Shown here piece by piece: positions 1 to 9,726 of a stretch of DNA of 64,000 nucleotides. The notes below the pieces were generated by a model. That model saw nothing but the letters and a program-made list of their open reading frames with translations. It was not told the origin of the DNA and did no database searches. Source of the stretch: Syntrophomonadaceae bacterium (GTDB lineage Bacteria; Bacillota; Syntrophomonadia; Syntrophomonadales; Syntrophomonadaceae); the NCBI GenBank assembly GCA_012522955.1, contig JAAYJK010000026.1, forward strand, positions 1,637-65,636. Direction: 5' to 3'. The position numbers and the translations under genes were made by a program. Positions within the stretch are counted from its first letter, which is position 1. Each line of letters begins with the position of its first letter.

Positions 1-251
1 AGCCTGTCCCCGGCTACTAATATAATTCAAGCTGATTCCTCCTCGTAGCTAGTTCACCTTATATTTTGCTTGTTGCTTCCTGCTTATTGGACTGTCAAGT
101 TTCAATCATTACATGCCTCTATTTAAGTAAATGCAAATTTGCTGCTAGTGCTCTGGCCCACTTTTGTATAGAATATTATATGTATATATATTATTCTCCT
201 CCCTGATTAATATATATTATATAATACCATCTTCAATTAGGAGGTAGGGGA

Positions 252-836
252 TTGATACAATTTATAATGCTTATAGTTGCAGTTATCCTGGGAAAACTGC
301 TCTGGGATTTTCTAAATGATTATCGGCAAAACATGCAGCCCACAGGACCCATTCCAGGCCATAAAAAGAAACGCCCGGGCAATGGTGAAGTAATAGACCT
401 GAGCAATGCTTGGATAAACATGGATGATTTGCCTTACCGCAAACGGGATAATCTGCTATCAGGAAAAGATCTGGTACTATATGAATTAGTAGACAAAATG
501 TTAGACCATAGTACCTATACAGCTTTTCCCCGGGTAAACTTGGAAGACCTGGTTACCGTTGCGTCAGACGCAGAAAATCGCACCGAGTATTTTAACCGAA
601 TAAGAAACCGCTATATTGATATAGTAGTATGTGAGCGGGAGGGGTTACGACCAGTCCTGGTCGTAATTGGGGAAACCAACCGGGAACCTCGTAAAAAACA
701 GCAATTGTTGGAAGATCGATTTATCCGCAATGCTGCCGATGCTGCGGGCTTAAAATACCTTCCTCTGAACCTCAACAACCTTCCTGATTCTGAAGAATTA
801 GGCCATTTGTTAAAGAATTCTGGTATAAACATATAA
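252..836 (+). CDS. membrane-anchored DUF2726-like (restriction-endonuclease-like fold) protein
   Basis: 194-aa ORF with a TTG start 7 nt after AGGAGG (239-244). N-terminal hydrophobic helix (IMLIVAVILGKLLW). The C-terminal pattern 'FPRVNLEDL...IDIVVCERE..PVLVVIGE' resembles the DUF2726 core. A long hairpin terminator follows directly. Confidence 0.7.
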   Translation: MIQFIMLIVAVILGKLLWDFLNDYRQNMQPTGPIPGHKKKRPGNGEVIDLSNAWINMDDLPYRKRDNLLSGKDLVLYELVDKMLDHSTYTAFPRVNLEDLVTVASDAENRTEYFNRIRNRYIDIVVCEREGLRPVLVVIGETNREPRKKQQLLEDRFIRNAADAAGLKYLPLNLNNLPDSEELGHLLKNSGINI

Positions 837-896
837 AATCACGGGGACAGGTCCCTTGATTCTTTAAAGAATCCAAGGACCTGTCCCCGTGATTTT
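835..896 (+). terminator. very long hairpin terminator (20-bp perfect outer stem, about 29 bp in total with 2 mismatches) with A/T flanks
   Basis: AAAATCACGGGGACAGGTCC (835-854) pairs perfectly with GGACCTGTCCCCGTGATTTT (877-896). The inner stem ATTCT/AGAAT continues the helix. A T-run lies at the 3' end and the hairpin overlaps the TAA stop of the 252-836 ORF. Confidence 0.8.
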
Positions 897-988
897 ATCT
901 CTCCCTTGTTAAACACCCTGAGTTACATATATATTTTGGTGGCAGCATATAGATGGATATATCCCAATGTGCAGGGAGGAGGTATTAA

Positions 989-1696
989 GTGTCGGTTATT
1001 AAGGTATGCAGCTATAACATACGTAGAGCTATAGGAATCGAGGGCAAAAAGGATCTAAAACAAATCTATCAGGTATTAAATGAGATTAATGCCGACGTTA
1101 TAGCCTTACAGGAAGTAGAAATGGTTCCCGGGGTGGTAGGGATATCCAGGCAAGCCCATGCCCTGGCCGATTTATTAAGCATGAATTACGTTTACACTAC
1201 TGTTCACCGTTTGAGATTTGGTTCGGTGGGTAATGCGGTTCTCTCCCGATATCCGATCTTAAAAGAAAGCAAACACCTTCTTCCCGATTCTCGAGATGAA
1301 AGAATCTGTTTACAGGTGGATATTAATGCCGCTGGGGTTGGTTTGAGTATTTTCAATGTACATCTTTGCTTAAACCAGGTTTCCCGCTATCGCCATTTAA
1401 AATATCTTCTCCTGCCCATTATACAAGAGTCTGAATTCCCTATCATACTGGCTGGAGACTTTAATGCTACCCCATCTATGCGGGAAATTCGGATGTTAGG
1501 TACTTATTTGCATGATACTTTTCAGCATAATTCCGGATTATATGGAAGCACCTATCCTTCCGATGCCCCCAGGGTGCGTATCGATTATATCTATACCGAC
1601 GACAAAGCCAGGTGTTTTGATTTTGCTATTTTTAAATCCCAGGCCTCAGATCATTTGCCTATTTGTGCCAGCATTACTATTCCTAATCTGCCTTGA
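989..1696 (+). CDS. endonuclease/exonuclease/phosphatase (EEP) family protein
   Basis: 235-aa ORF with a GTG start after GGAGGAGG. Contains 'VIALQEVE', 'ILAGDFNATP' and a C-terminal 'SDHLP', which are typical EEP catalytic motifs. Confidence 0.85.
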   Translation: MSVIKVCSYNIRRAIGIEGKKDLKQIYQVLNEINADVIALQEVEMVPGVVGISRQAHALADLLSMNYVYTTVHRLRFGSVGNAVLSRYPILKESKHLLPDSRDERICLQVDINAAGVGLSIFNVHLCLNQVSRYRHLKYLLLPIIQESEFPIILAGDFNATPSMREIRMLGTYLHDTFQHNSGLYGSTYPSDAPRVRIDYIYTDDKARCFDFAIFKSQASDHLPICASITIPNLP

Positions 1697-1799
1697 TAAG
1701 AACATTAAGGTTAAGAAGTCCAGGTTCTCTAATCGAAAAGAAACTGCCGGTTTATATTCATTATCCGGCATTTCAATGCCTAATATCTAAAGAATAAGA

Positions 1800-1827
1800 A
1801 TGGGACTCTGTATTTAAAGAGTCCCAT
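1800..1827. terminator. bidirectional stem-loop between the convergent EEP gene and folE
   Basis: TGGGACTCT (1801-1809) pairs with AGAGTCCCA (1818-1826). T-rich sequence follows on both strands. Confidence 0.6.
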
Positions 1828-1908
1828 TTAGTCAGTTAATTGATTGCCATTACCCTGGACAGGCCAGGCTAGCTACAGGTTTCTCCATTCTGCCCTTAAT
1901 AATTTAGA

Positions 1909-2484
1909 TTAATTTTTCATAATCAAAGATAATAGCTCGTTGCGGGTTTGGGCTCTGGTTTCAAAAATCCCTCTAACTGCCGAGGTAACGGTTAAGGAAC
2001 CCGGCTTATTTATGCCTCGCATGGTCATGCACATATGTTCTGCTTCAATAATTACTGCGACTCCATAAGGTTTTAAAGTATCGTAAACGCAATCAGCTAT
2101 CTGGGAAGTTAGTCTTTCCTGGAGCTGCGGTCGGCGGGCCAATACTTCGGTTACCCGGGCAATTTTACTGATGCCTACCACCTGTCCGCCCTTGGGGATA
2201 TAGGCCACATGAGCTTTTCCATAAAAAGGCAGAAAATGGTGCTCACACATGGAATACAAGGGAATGTCCTTTACCAGTACTAGTTCATCATGATATTCGG
2301 TGAAAGAAACCTGCAGAAGTTCCTGGGGATTGATATCCATACCATAAAATATTTCTTCATACATTCTGGCTATCCGTTTGGGAGTGTTTTTTACTCCCTC
2401 CCGCTCCGGGTCCTCCCCAATGGCTTCCAATATCATAGTGAAGGCGGTCTCAATTTTCTCGCGATCAAATTCCTTTTTCTTCAA
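1909..2484 (-). CDS. folE: GTP cyclohydrolase I (FolE)
   Basis: 191 aa with the signatures '[19 protein letters not shown]' and '[14 protein letters not shown]'. Confidence 0.95.
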   Translation of the reverse strand: MKKKEFDREKIETAFTMILEAIGEDPEREGVKNTPKRIARMYEEIFYGMDINPQELLQVSFTEYHDELVLVKDIPLYSMCEHHFLPFYGKAHVAYIPKGGQVVGISKIARVTEVLARRPQLQERLTSQIADCVYDTLKPYGVAVIIEAEHMCMTMRGINKPGSLTVTSAVRGIFETRAQTRNELLSLIMKN

Positions 2485-2561
2485 ATTCTTCCCTCCTTCA
2501 GGCAGAGAATAGCTCAGACACGAAAAGGCCTAATTTATTCCAGCTATTTTCTACCCTGGCC

Positions 2562-4229
2562 TTAGAATAAGCCGACAATCTGTCCATTTTCCAGAATATC
2601 TATGTTTTCCGCCGCTGGGGTTTTGCCCAGACCCGGCATAGTCATAACCGTTCCGGCTAGAGCGACTATAAAACCTGCTCCCGCCGACAGCCGGACTTCT
2701 TTTACTGACACTGTGAAACCCCGAGGCCGGCCTTTAAGATCTGGATTATCAGATAATGAATATTGAGTTTTGGCAATACATACAGGAAGATGGCCGTATC
2801 CCTGCTCCTGATATTGATTCAGACGTTTAAGGGCCTCGGGGGCGTAGGAAACTCCGTCTGCACCATATATTTCCTGGCATACACAAGCGACTTTATCTTG
2901 CAGGGGAAGCTCATTATGATATAGGAATTTAAACTCATTAGGTTTTTCAGCTGCTTTAATCACCTGGCGAGCCAACTCTTCGCCCCCGGCTCCGCCTTTA
3001 GCCCATACCTGGGACAGGGCCACCTCAGCTCCCAATGCGGCACACCGAGCAGTAATAAAATCCATTTCCTCTGCAGTATCGCCGGGAAACTCGTTCAAAG
3101 CCACCACAACCGGCACCCCGTATTTATTGATGTTTTCCAGCTGCTTCTCCAAATTCTCAATACCCTGGGCCAGAGCGCTCATATTCTTCTCCCCTAACTG
3201 GCTCTTGGGTACTCCGCCGTGATTTTTCAAGGCTCTGACCGTAGCCACCAAGACTACAGCAGCAGGCTTAAATCCTCCATAACGGCAAACTATGTCAAAG
3301 AATTTCTCCGCTCCCAGATCAGCTCCAAATCCTGCTTCGGTAACCATGTAATCGGCCAGTTTCATGCCCATCCTGGTGGCTACAATACTATTGGAACCAT
3401 GGGCTATATTGGCAAAAGGACCACCATGTACAAAAGCGGGGGTATTCTCCAGGGTTTGCACCAGGTTGGGTTTTATGGCATCTTTCATCAAAAGAGCCAT
3501 GGAACCTGCTGCTTTTAGGTCTGCAGCAGTAACCGGTTTACCATCAAAGGTATAGGCTACTACCATTTTCTTAAAGCGTTCCTTTAAATCCATTAAATCC
3601 GTGGCCAAACACAATGCGGCCATTACCTCTGAGGCTACACTGATATCAAATCCTGACTCCCGGGGTACACCATTAATCTTTCCCCCCAAACCCAGAACAA
3701 TATTTCTCAAAGCCCTTTCATTTAAATCCATAACTCGGCGCAGCATCACCTGCCGGGGATCAATATTGAGATCATTACCCTGATGCAGGTGGTTGTCCAA
3801 GATGGCCGCCAAGAGATTATGAGCGGAAGTAACCGCATGAATGTCTCCGGTAAAATGTAAATTGATGTCCTCCATGGGAAGCACCTGGGCATAGCCGCCG
3901 CCGGCCGCTCCTCCCTTAATGCCAAAGCTGGGTCCCAAAGAAGGTTCCCGCAGCGCGATAATAGCCTTTTTACCTAAGCGATTTAGGGCCATACCTAATC
4001 CAACTGTATTAGTGGTTTTCCCTTCCCCGGCCGGAGTGGGGTTGATGGCTGTAACCAGCACTACTTTACCTGAAGGTCGGTCCTTTATCCTTTCCCATAC
4101 TCCCAGGGACACTTTGGCCTTATATTTGCCATACATTTCTATGTCGTCTTCATCCAGTCCAATAGACCTAGCTATATCAATAATTGGACTCATCTGGGCT
4201 TCTTGAGCTATCTCGATATCCGTTTTCAT
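2562..4229 (-). CDS. fhs: formate--tetrahydrofolate ligase
   Basis: 555 aa with the '[11 protein letters not shown]' P-loop. Full-length resemblance to FTHFS. Confidence 0.95.
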   Translation of the reverse strand: MKTDIEIAQEAQMSPIIDIARSIGLDEDDIEMYGKYKAKVSLGVWERIKDRPSGKVVLVTAINPTPAGEGKTTNTVGLGMALNRLGKKAIIALREPSLGPSFGIKGGAAGGGYAQVLPMEDINLHFTGDIHAVTSAHNLLAAILDNHLHQGNDLNIDPRQVMLRRVMDLNERALRNIVLGLGGKINGVPRESGFDISVASEVMAALCLATDLMDLKERFKKMVVAYTFDGKPVTAADLKAAGSMALLMKDAIKPNLVQTLENTPAFVHGGPFANIAHGSNSIVATRMGMKLADYMVTEAGFGADLGAEKFFDIVCRYGGFKPAAVVLVATVRALKNHGGVPKSQLGEKNMSALAQGIENLEKQLENINKYGVPVVVALNEFPGDTAEEMDFITARCAALGAEVALSQVWAKGGAGGEELARQVIKAAEKPNEFKFLYHNELPLQDKVACVCQEIYGADGVSYAPEALKRLNQYQEQGYGHLPVCIAKTQYSLSDNPDLKGRPRGFTVSVKEVRLSAGAGFIVALAGTVMTMPGLGKTPAAENIDILENGQIVGLF

Positions 4230-4831
4230 TAATTTCTACCTCCTGACAGCTAATTATAGCTGAATAATACCTGGCCTGCTCTAAAATTCTGGGTTAATCA
4301 ATTCCATCTTTATTAATCTATCATAACTAAAGATAATTCTGAAGACACAAATATCACAATTCAGTAATTTATGTCTAAATTTCGATTCCCCTGCAAAAAG
4401 TTATATTTCGTGGGAGAATTAATTTACAACAAACTTTTATTTTAAACTCCTAAGACTATTGTGAGAAATTGCATTGACTATAATACCTGGATCTATTTTT
4501 ATAATACCTGCAGCCGTAAAAGGGGGGCTAAAACCTTAAAGACAAGCTGCCCCTTATATACGGGGTTAGCTCGTCTATGGGGAGCCTATTTCTACCCAGC
4601 CTTCTCCCTGATGCCCTTTAGTCATTTTTTCATAGCTGATGATGCAGAGGCCTTTTGCTTTTCTGCTTGAAAAGTATTTTTAAACCAATGAAAGGTTTCT
4701 GCCAGATATAACAAAAGTTAAGCTTTTTATCTGTTAAAATACCAATAGGATAAGATTATCGATGTAAGATGCCAGAGCTATAGCAACAGGCAAGAAAGAA
4801 AAGCCAGCAGGCTAGGACTAGGAGGAACTTT

Positions 4832-5746
4832 ATGATAATTACCTCACCTGCTCAAATAGGAGAAAACTTCCATGTTTTGGGACCTAAAAGCTATCACATC
4901 TTCCTTAAGGATGGCCCGAAACCGGTACTTTTTGATGCCGGGGTACACTGGGCCGGGAATTTTTATGTTGAAGCCATCCGGTCCATTCTTGGCCATCGGC
5001 AACCATCAGTACTTTTTCTTACTCATGTTCATTGGGATCATTGTGGGGCAGCAGCTTTTCTGAAGGATGCCTTTCCTTCCATGGAAATTGCTACATCAGC
5101 TCAAGCAGTAGAGATTCTTAAACGCCCCCGAGCTCTCGCCTTAATGAGCACGCTAAATGAAGAGAGTAGGACCTCTGCCATAGCTCTTGGCGAATTGGAT
5201 TCATCCCTAGCTTCAGAGGAATCTTTTCGTCCTTTCTCGGTAGATATCGAGCTGCAAGGCAATTCCATTATAGATCTGGACTCGAACACCAGGGTTGAGA
5301 TAATTGCTACCCCGGGTCACACCCGAGATCACTGTAGCTATTATCTGCCCCAAGAAAAAATTTTAATAGGCGGAGAAGCAGCCGGGTTGCTTCTTGGCTC
5401 TGGAATGGTTACCACTGAATTCGTATCTGATTATGATGCCTATTTATCTTCCCTGCGGCGATTGGCTCTATTGCCCACCCAGGTCTTTTGTCAAGCCCAT
5501 GGACTGGTTCTGATGGGCAGGGAGGAAGTCAAAGCCTTTTTTGAGCGTTCGATAATGGAGACGGTTGCTTTCAAGGATAGGGTATTGGAGCTTCTTAATG
5601 AGGAAGAGGGGACCTTGGAACAGGTTGTTCAAAGGTTGAAAAGGGAGCGCTATGATACTATCCTCGGGCCCAAACAAGCGGAAGTTCCCTATCTTATCAA
5701 TTTAACCGCCCAGGTAAACCATCTGGCCAGGAGAGCACATTCCTAG
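4832..5746 (+). CDS. MBL-fold metallo-hydrolase
   Basis: 304 aa with the 'THVHWDHCG' (HxHxDH) motif and 'TPGHTRDH'. AGGAGG lies upstream of the ATG. Confidence 0.85.
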   Translation: MIITSPAQIGENFHVLGPKSYHIFLKDGPKPVLFDAGVHWAGNFYVEAIRSILGHRQPSVLFLTHVHWDHCGAAAFLKDAFPSMEIATSAQAVEILKRPRALALMSTLNEESRTSAIALGELDSSLASEESFRPFSVDIELQGNSIIDLDSNTRVEIIATPGHTRDHCSYYLPQEKILIGGEAAGLLLGSGMVTTEFVSDYDAYLSSLRRLALLPTQVFCQAHGLVLMGREEVKAFFERSIMETVAFKDRVLELLNEEEGTLEQVVQRLKRERYDTILGPKQAEVPYLINLTAQVNHLARRAHS

Positions 5747-5858
5747 CTTTTATCTCCTGTCTCCACCTACTCTTAGCTGAGCGGCTGGATTGGTGAACAG
5801 CAAAGCTGCTTCCCTCTGTGGCCAGTTTTTTTCCAAGGGAGCAAACAGGGACAGAGCG

Positions 5859-7169
5859 TCATGCCTTACAGGCCTTAACCCGGGCTATTCTCTTTTCATT
5901 TACTTCCTGGACCTTGAAGATCACCCCATCAAATTCTAGGGTTGGTTTGTCGTCTGGGCTTGGTATTCTGCCCAACTGCCCAATAATGAATCCGCTAAGG
6001 GTTTCGTATTCATCAATGGGCAGATCGATATCCAGGTATTGTTTCACCCGATCTAAACTGGTATAACCTTCTATCATGAAGGTGTTTTCGTCCAGTTTAT
6101 GTATTTCCTCCTCTTCTTCATCATCATATTCATCAAATATATTGCCCACGATTTCTTCCAGTAAATCTTCTAAAGTCACTATACCAGCAGTTCCCCCATA
6201 TTCATCAATAACAATAGCCATATGAGTTTTATCCCTTTGGATTTCCCTCAATAATTGGTCAGTTCTCTTCGAAGTGGGAACAAAATAGGGGGGCCGAATT
6301 ATAGCCTTCAAATCAAGCTTAGCCTTATCATCCAGACTATTCATATGGGGAATAAGATCTTTAACATAAAGCACCCCTATTATATGGTCAATATTATCTT
6401 CATATACTGGTATTCTGGAATATTTCTCGATATTGATGGAATTTATCACGCTATCCAGACCTATCCCCAAGGGGAAAGCAATAATCTCGGTTCTATGGGT
6501 CATAATATCTTCTACTGTTTTATCATTAAATTCGAAAATATTATTGATCATTACCCTTTCCGCTTCCTGTATGGCTCCTTTTTTCTCTCCCACGTCCACC
6601 ATCATACGGATTTCTTCTTCGGTGATCTTTTCATCCTCTTCCAATGGATCAAAGCCGAATATCCGCACGAAGAAGTTGGTGGATAAAGTTAACAAGCTTA
6701 CAAAGGGGGCGGTAAAAAAGGATAGATAATTAAGGGGGCTAACCACGAATGTAGAAATGGACTCAGCTTTTTTCATGGCCAGCCTCTTGGGTACCAATTC
6801 ACCAAAAACCAGGGTAAAATAGGACAATATGATGGTTATAATGATCACTGATATACTCTTAAGCCAAGGATCTGGAATACCGGTTCCGGTTTGCTTAATC
6901 AACTCAACAAATGGACCGGCAAAGCTTTCGGCAGCAAAGGCACTGGCCAGAAATCCGGCCAAAGTAATCCCGATTTGTATAGTAGCCAGGAATTTACTGG
7001 GTTCATCCAACAATTTTTTGATTTGCCGGGCTTTCTTATCCCCTTCCTCAGCCATCAGGCTAATCTTGTTATCGTTTAAGGAGATTAGAGCTATTTCAGA
7101 TGCAGCAAAAAATGCATTCAAGAGTATGAGTACCAGTAATAATAAAATCTTGCTCAGCAAACTTATCAC
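5859..7169 (-). CDS. HlyC/CorC (CNNM) family transporter: DUF21 TM domain, 2 CBS domains and a CorC_HlyC domain
   Basis: 436-aa ORF with an N-terminal multi-TM region, CBS pair and C-terminal transporter-associated domain. The true start may be the TTG at 7160, which sits 6 nt after GAAGGTG; the GTG at 7169 abuts that SD. Confidence 0.85.
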   Translation of the reverse strand: MISLLSKILLLLVLILLNAFFAASEIALISLNDNKISLMAEEGDKKARQIKKLLDEPSKFLATIQIGITLAGFLASAFAAESFAGPFVELIKQTGTGIPDPWLKSISVIIITIILSYFTLVFGELVPKRLAMKKAESISTFVVSPLNYLSFFTAPFVSLLTLSTNFFVRIFGFDPLEEDEKITEEEIRMMVDVGEKKGAIQEAERVMINNIFEFNDKTVEDIMTHRTEIIAFPLGIGLDSVINSINIEKYSRIPVYEDNIDHIIGVLYVKDLIPHMNSLDDKAKLDLKAIIRPPYFVPTSKRTDQLLREIQRDKTHMAIVIDEYGGTAGIVTLEDLLEEIVGNIFDEYDDEEEEEIHKLDENTFMIEGYTSLDRVKQYLDIDLPIDEYETLSGFIIGQLGRIPSPDDKPTLEFDGVIFKVQEVNEKRIARVKACKA

Positions 7170-7438
7170 CTTCTATGATTATAATCCCAGCAGCAACAAC
7201 AAAAAGGCCATAAACATCCCCTCTTTCAGGAACTTTATGACCTTATATCACTATTTAGCTTTGCCTGATCATTGTTTAGCCGCCAACAAGTCAGCAACAC
7301 CTTATTAGCTGTTCGATCACCCCGATCATCATTCATATTCTATCACTCCTGATCTTTTTGCATTTATCTTTATTAATTTGTAGGATACTATATAGAATGA
7401 TCCATCGTCAAGCTTGCCCAAGTAGTACAGAGCTGCTT

Positions 7439-7975
7439 TTATCTAAATAGGAGGTTGCATATGTAGATGGCAGCTATGCATCCGCTGAGGTCGGCAGTAA
7501 GACCAGTGACTATGGAATAACGGTATTTTTTAATCCCTACCGAACCAAAGTATACGGTCAGAATAAAGAAGGTAGTATCAGTAGTGCCTTGCATTACCGA
7601 GGCTAATCGGCCAATGAAGGAGTCGGGACCGTATACTCTCATGAGTTCAGTTGCCATTCCTAGAACTGCGCTTCCTGACATGGGACGCATTATCGCTAGG
7701 GGCAGTACCTCAGAGGGAGCACCAATCCTGGAGGTTAATGGTTCCATAAAAAGACTTAAGTAATCCATGGCTCCGGAAGCGCGAAAAACGGATATTGCTA
7801 CCATCATACCTACCAGAAACGGGATAATTTTTACCGCAGTGGTAAAACCCTCCTCAGCTCCTTCCACAAAGGCTTCATAAACCGGAACTTTTTTAATATA
7901 GCCATAAACAGGGACTGCCAACAATAGTATAGGTATGGCCCATTTTGATACCAGGCTTAGCAGTGTATGGAGCAT
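7439..7975 (-). CDS. spmB: spore maturation protein B
   Basis: 178-aa polytopic membrane protein of the nucleoside-recognition/SpmB type, immediately downstream of spmA. Confidence 0.85.
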   Translation of the reverse strand: MLHTLLSLVSKWAIPILLLAVPVYGYIKKVPVYEAFVEGAEEGFTTAVKIIPFLVGMMVAISVFRASGAMDYLSLFMEPLTSRIGAPSEVLPLAIMRPMSGSAVLGMATELMRVYGPDSFIGRLASVMQGTTDTTFFILTVYFGSVGIKKYRYSIVTGLTADLSGCIAAIYICNLLFR

Positions 7976-7976
7976 T

Positions 7977-8567
7977 CTATCTCTTCCTCCAACGGCTCTT
8001 GGTTCTAAACCAATAGTCCAAAGATACCGCCAGTATCATGCCGATTGCGGTGGAAAAGATGCAGGCCCCTACAATTTCGGTGGGATTGGCAGAATTAAAG
8101 GATAGTCGTATGGCTATAATAGTGGCAGGAATCAAGGTAATACAAGAGGTATTCAATGCTAGAAAGGTACACATGGCCTCAGAGGCCTCCGATGAATCCC
8201 GGTTTAATTTCTGCAACTCCTGCATAGCCTTCATGCCAAATGGCGTAGCGGCGTTGCCCAAGCCCAGCATATTAGCACTCAGGTTTAGAATTATGGCCCC
8301 CATAGCCGGATGTTGGGGCGGTACGCTGGGAAACAGTCTAACTGTTAGTGGTCTTAACCATCGGGCTAGAGACTGTACCAACCCTCCTTGCTCAGCTATT
8401 TTCATAATACCCAGCCATAAGGCCATTACCCCCACCAGATCAAAACACACTTCAACTGCACCTTTGGCTGCTCCTAGTGCCGCTTCGGTTACTACTTCGA
8501 TATTGCCATTAAAAGCAGCTACTAGTATCCCTGAGGCCAGCAGCAGCAGCCAGATTAAATTTAACAT
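7977..8567 (-). CDS. spmA: spore maturation protein A (nucleoside recognition domain)
   Basis: 196 aa, membrane protein, paired with spmB with a 1-nt gap. Confidence 0.85.
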   Translation of the reverse strand: MLNLIWLLLLASGILVAAFNGNIEVVTEAALGAAKGAVEVCFDLVGVMALWLGIMKIAEQGGLVQSLARWLRPLTVRLFPSVPPQHPAMGAIILNLSANMLGLGNAATPFGMKAMQELQKLNRDSSEASEAMCTFLALNTSCITLIPATIIAIRLSFNSANPTEIVGACIFSTAIGMILAVSLDYWFRTKSRWRKR

Positions 8568-8613
8568 AATGCTCCCTCCCCATAGCCTTCCTTTTGTAGG
8601 GTATGTCTGAAGA

Positions 8614-8648
8614 TAAAAAAATAGAACCGTTGCTATTGCTAACGATTC
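8614..8648 (-). terminator. rho-independent terminator downstream of ytfJ
   Basis: Minus-strand GAATCGTT...AACGGTTC stem (8624-8648) followed by TATTTTTTT. Confidence 0.65.
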
Positions 8649-8712
8649 TACCGGAAGTCAAGCCAGGGGCTCTCACTTCATTTTAATACAATATCCCAGA
8701 AAAGCTCTGGGC

Positions 8713-9135
8713 TTAATCCTCCTCATAGGAAGGTCTCTGATGAGGGAACAAGCTTTCTAGTTTATCCATTACCTGGGGCACAATATCGATTAATCTCTCC
8801 GCCAGCAGGTTGCCAGAAGTTGATATGAGTCTGACTTCATTCATCCTCACCACCAAGAAACCTACCGGTCTTACTGACACTCCGGCCCCGCTACCACCAG
8901 CAAAGGGCAGTTCGGTATTTTTACCCCCGGCTCCCGTTGCGCTGTTGTATTCCCCGCCTCCGGCCGCAAATCCACAGGCCACCTGGGATACCGGTATGAT
9001 AACGGTGCCATCATTGGTTTCTATGGCTTCGCCCACTACCGTATTTACATCAACCATTTCTTTAATACTCTGCATGGCAGTATTCATTAAGCCTTCAATG
9101 GGATGGCTGGGGTTTTCCTGCTGCTGTGTATCCAT
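8713..9135 (-). CDS. ytfJ: sporulation protein YtfJ (GerW family)
   Basis: 140 aa with 'VIIPVSQVACGFAAGGGEY...GGSGAGVSVRPVGFLVV', typical of YtfJ/GerW. AGGAGG lies 8 nt upstream of the ATG. Confidence 0.9.
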   Translation of the reverse strand: MDTQQQENPSHPIEGLMNTAMQSIKEMVDVNTVVGEAIETNDGTVIIPVSQVACGFAAGGGEYNSATGAGGKNTELPFAGGSGAGVSVRPVGFLVVRMNEVRLISTSGNLLAERLIDIVPQVMDKLESLFPHQRPSYEED

Positions 9136-9676
9136 TTATATACCTCCTGATTTTTAACCATATTATATTGAAGCCTATAAGCATAATATGTACCATCCGC
9201 AGCTTAAATATGCAATTGAGCTCACTGTATATCCGTTGCTTTTCAAAATCAGGCTGTATGTTAATGGCAATGTTTTGGCTCATGCCGACCTTTGTGATGC
9301 GGGCTATTAACATGCCCTTAAGAGACCACATACTGCCACAACCAAGAGCAGTATACATAGCATCTCCGGTACCGATTACCGTATACCATTTGAGTTCATA
9401 AATAGATATATATTTCAGATATTTATAGAAACGTTTCAGGGCATGAAGTGACTGGGCAAATTCCAACTTGGATGAGCTATGGCCTGTAGGCCGGGAAAGA
9501 ATATATTTCATCCACTGGGTTGCTATAGAGTGCTGGCCTTGGATAAATCTCAGAAACTGCCAGGTGATCCTAATCTGGCTCTGATCCTGATCATAGACCA
9601 CCTGTAATTGAAACTCTATTAATATAATTAAAAAAAGGAGCAATAGCAGCAACAAGCCGAAAATTATATAGATCAT
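9095..9676 (-). CDS. DUF2953/YtfI-like sporulation membrane protein
   Basis: 193 aa with an N-terminal TM helix, directly upstream of and overlapping ytfJ, as in the Bacillus ytfI-ytfJ pair. The family call is from memory. Confidence 0.6.
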   Translation of the reverse strand: MIYIIFGLLLLLLLFLIILIEFQLQVVYDQDQSQIRITWQFLRFIQGQHSIATQWMKYILSRPTGHSSSKLEFAQSLHALKRFYKYLKYISIYELKWYTVIGTGDAMYTALGCGSMWSLKGMLIARITKVGMSQNIAINIQPDFEKQRIYSELNCIFKLRMVHIMLIGFNIIWLKIRRYINGYTAAGKPQPSH

Positions 9677-9726
9677 GGGCTTTTCCCCTGTTTTTTCCTA
9701 TTATACCCCTCGGCCTTAGGCTTAAT

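Noticed and set aside
1-30. Possible 5' end of a minus-strand gene leaving the window (GGAGG at 38-42, TTG at 28-30, MNYISSRGQA...).
   Set aside because: Only 10 codons are visible. The same bases may instead be one arm of a hairpin repeat (the CCTGTCCCCG 10-mer). There is not enough evidence to annotate it.
4461-4670. 69-aa plus-strand ORF in the fhs/MBL intergenic region.
   Set aside because: It has a GTG start without an SD, an aromatic/Cys-rich odd composition and no family resemblance. The region is reported instead as an ORF-free spacer of interest.
8038-8610. Long antisense or overlapping ORFs in the ORF track: 8038-8610, 13606-14196, 39221-39775, 53530-53988, 10630-11088, 6829-7308, 6255-6686, 40298-40690, 40799-41212, 59805-60218 and many shorter ones.
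   Set aside because: Each lies entirely inside, and mostly opposite to, a gene with strong family signatures. They have low-complexity S/P/A/I-rich translations, no SD and no recognisable motifs. They are typical shadow ORFs.
8738-8760. Hammerhead-like CUGAUGA string (plus strand) and other isolated ribozyme or riboswitch core words.
   Set aside because: It lies inside the ytfJ coding sequence, and the flanking sequence cannot form stems II/III or supply the GAAA core.
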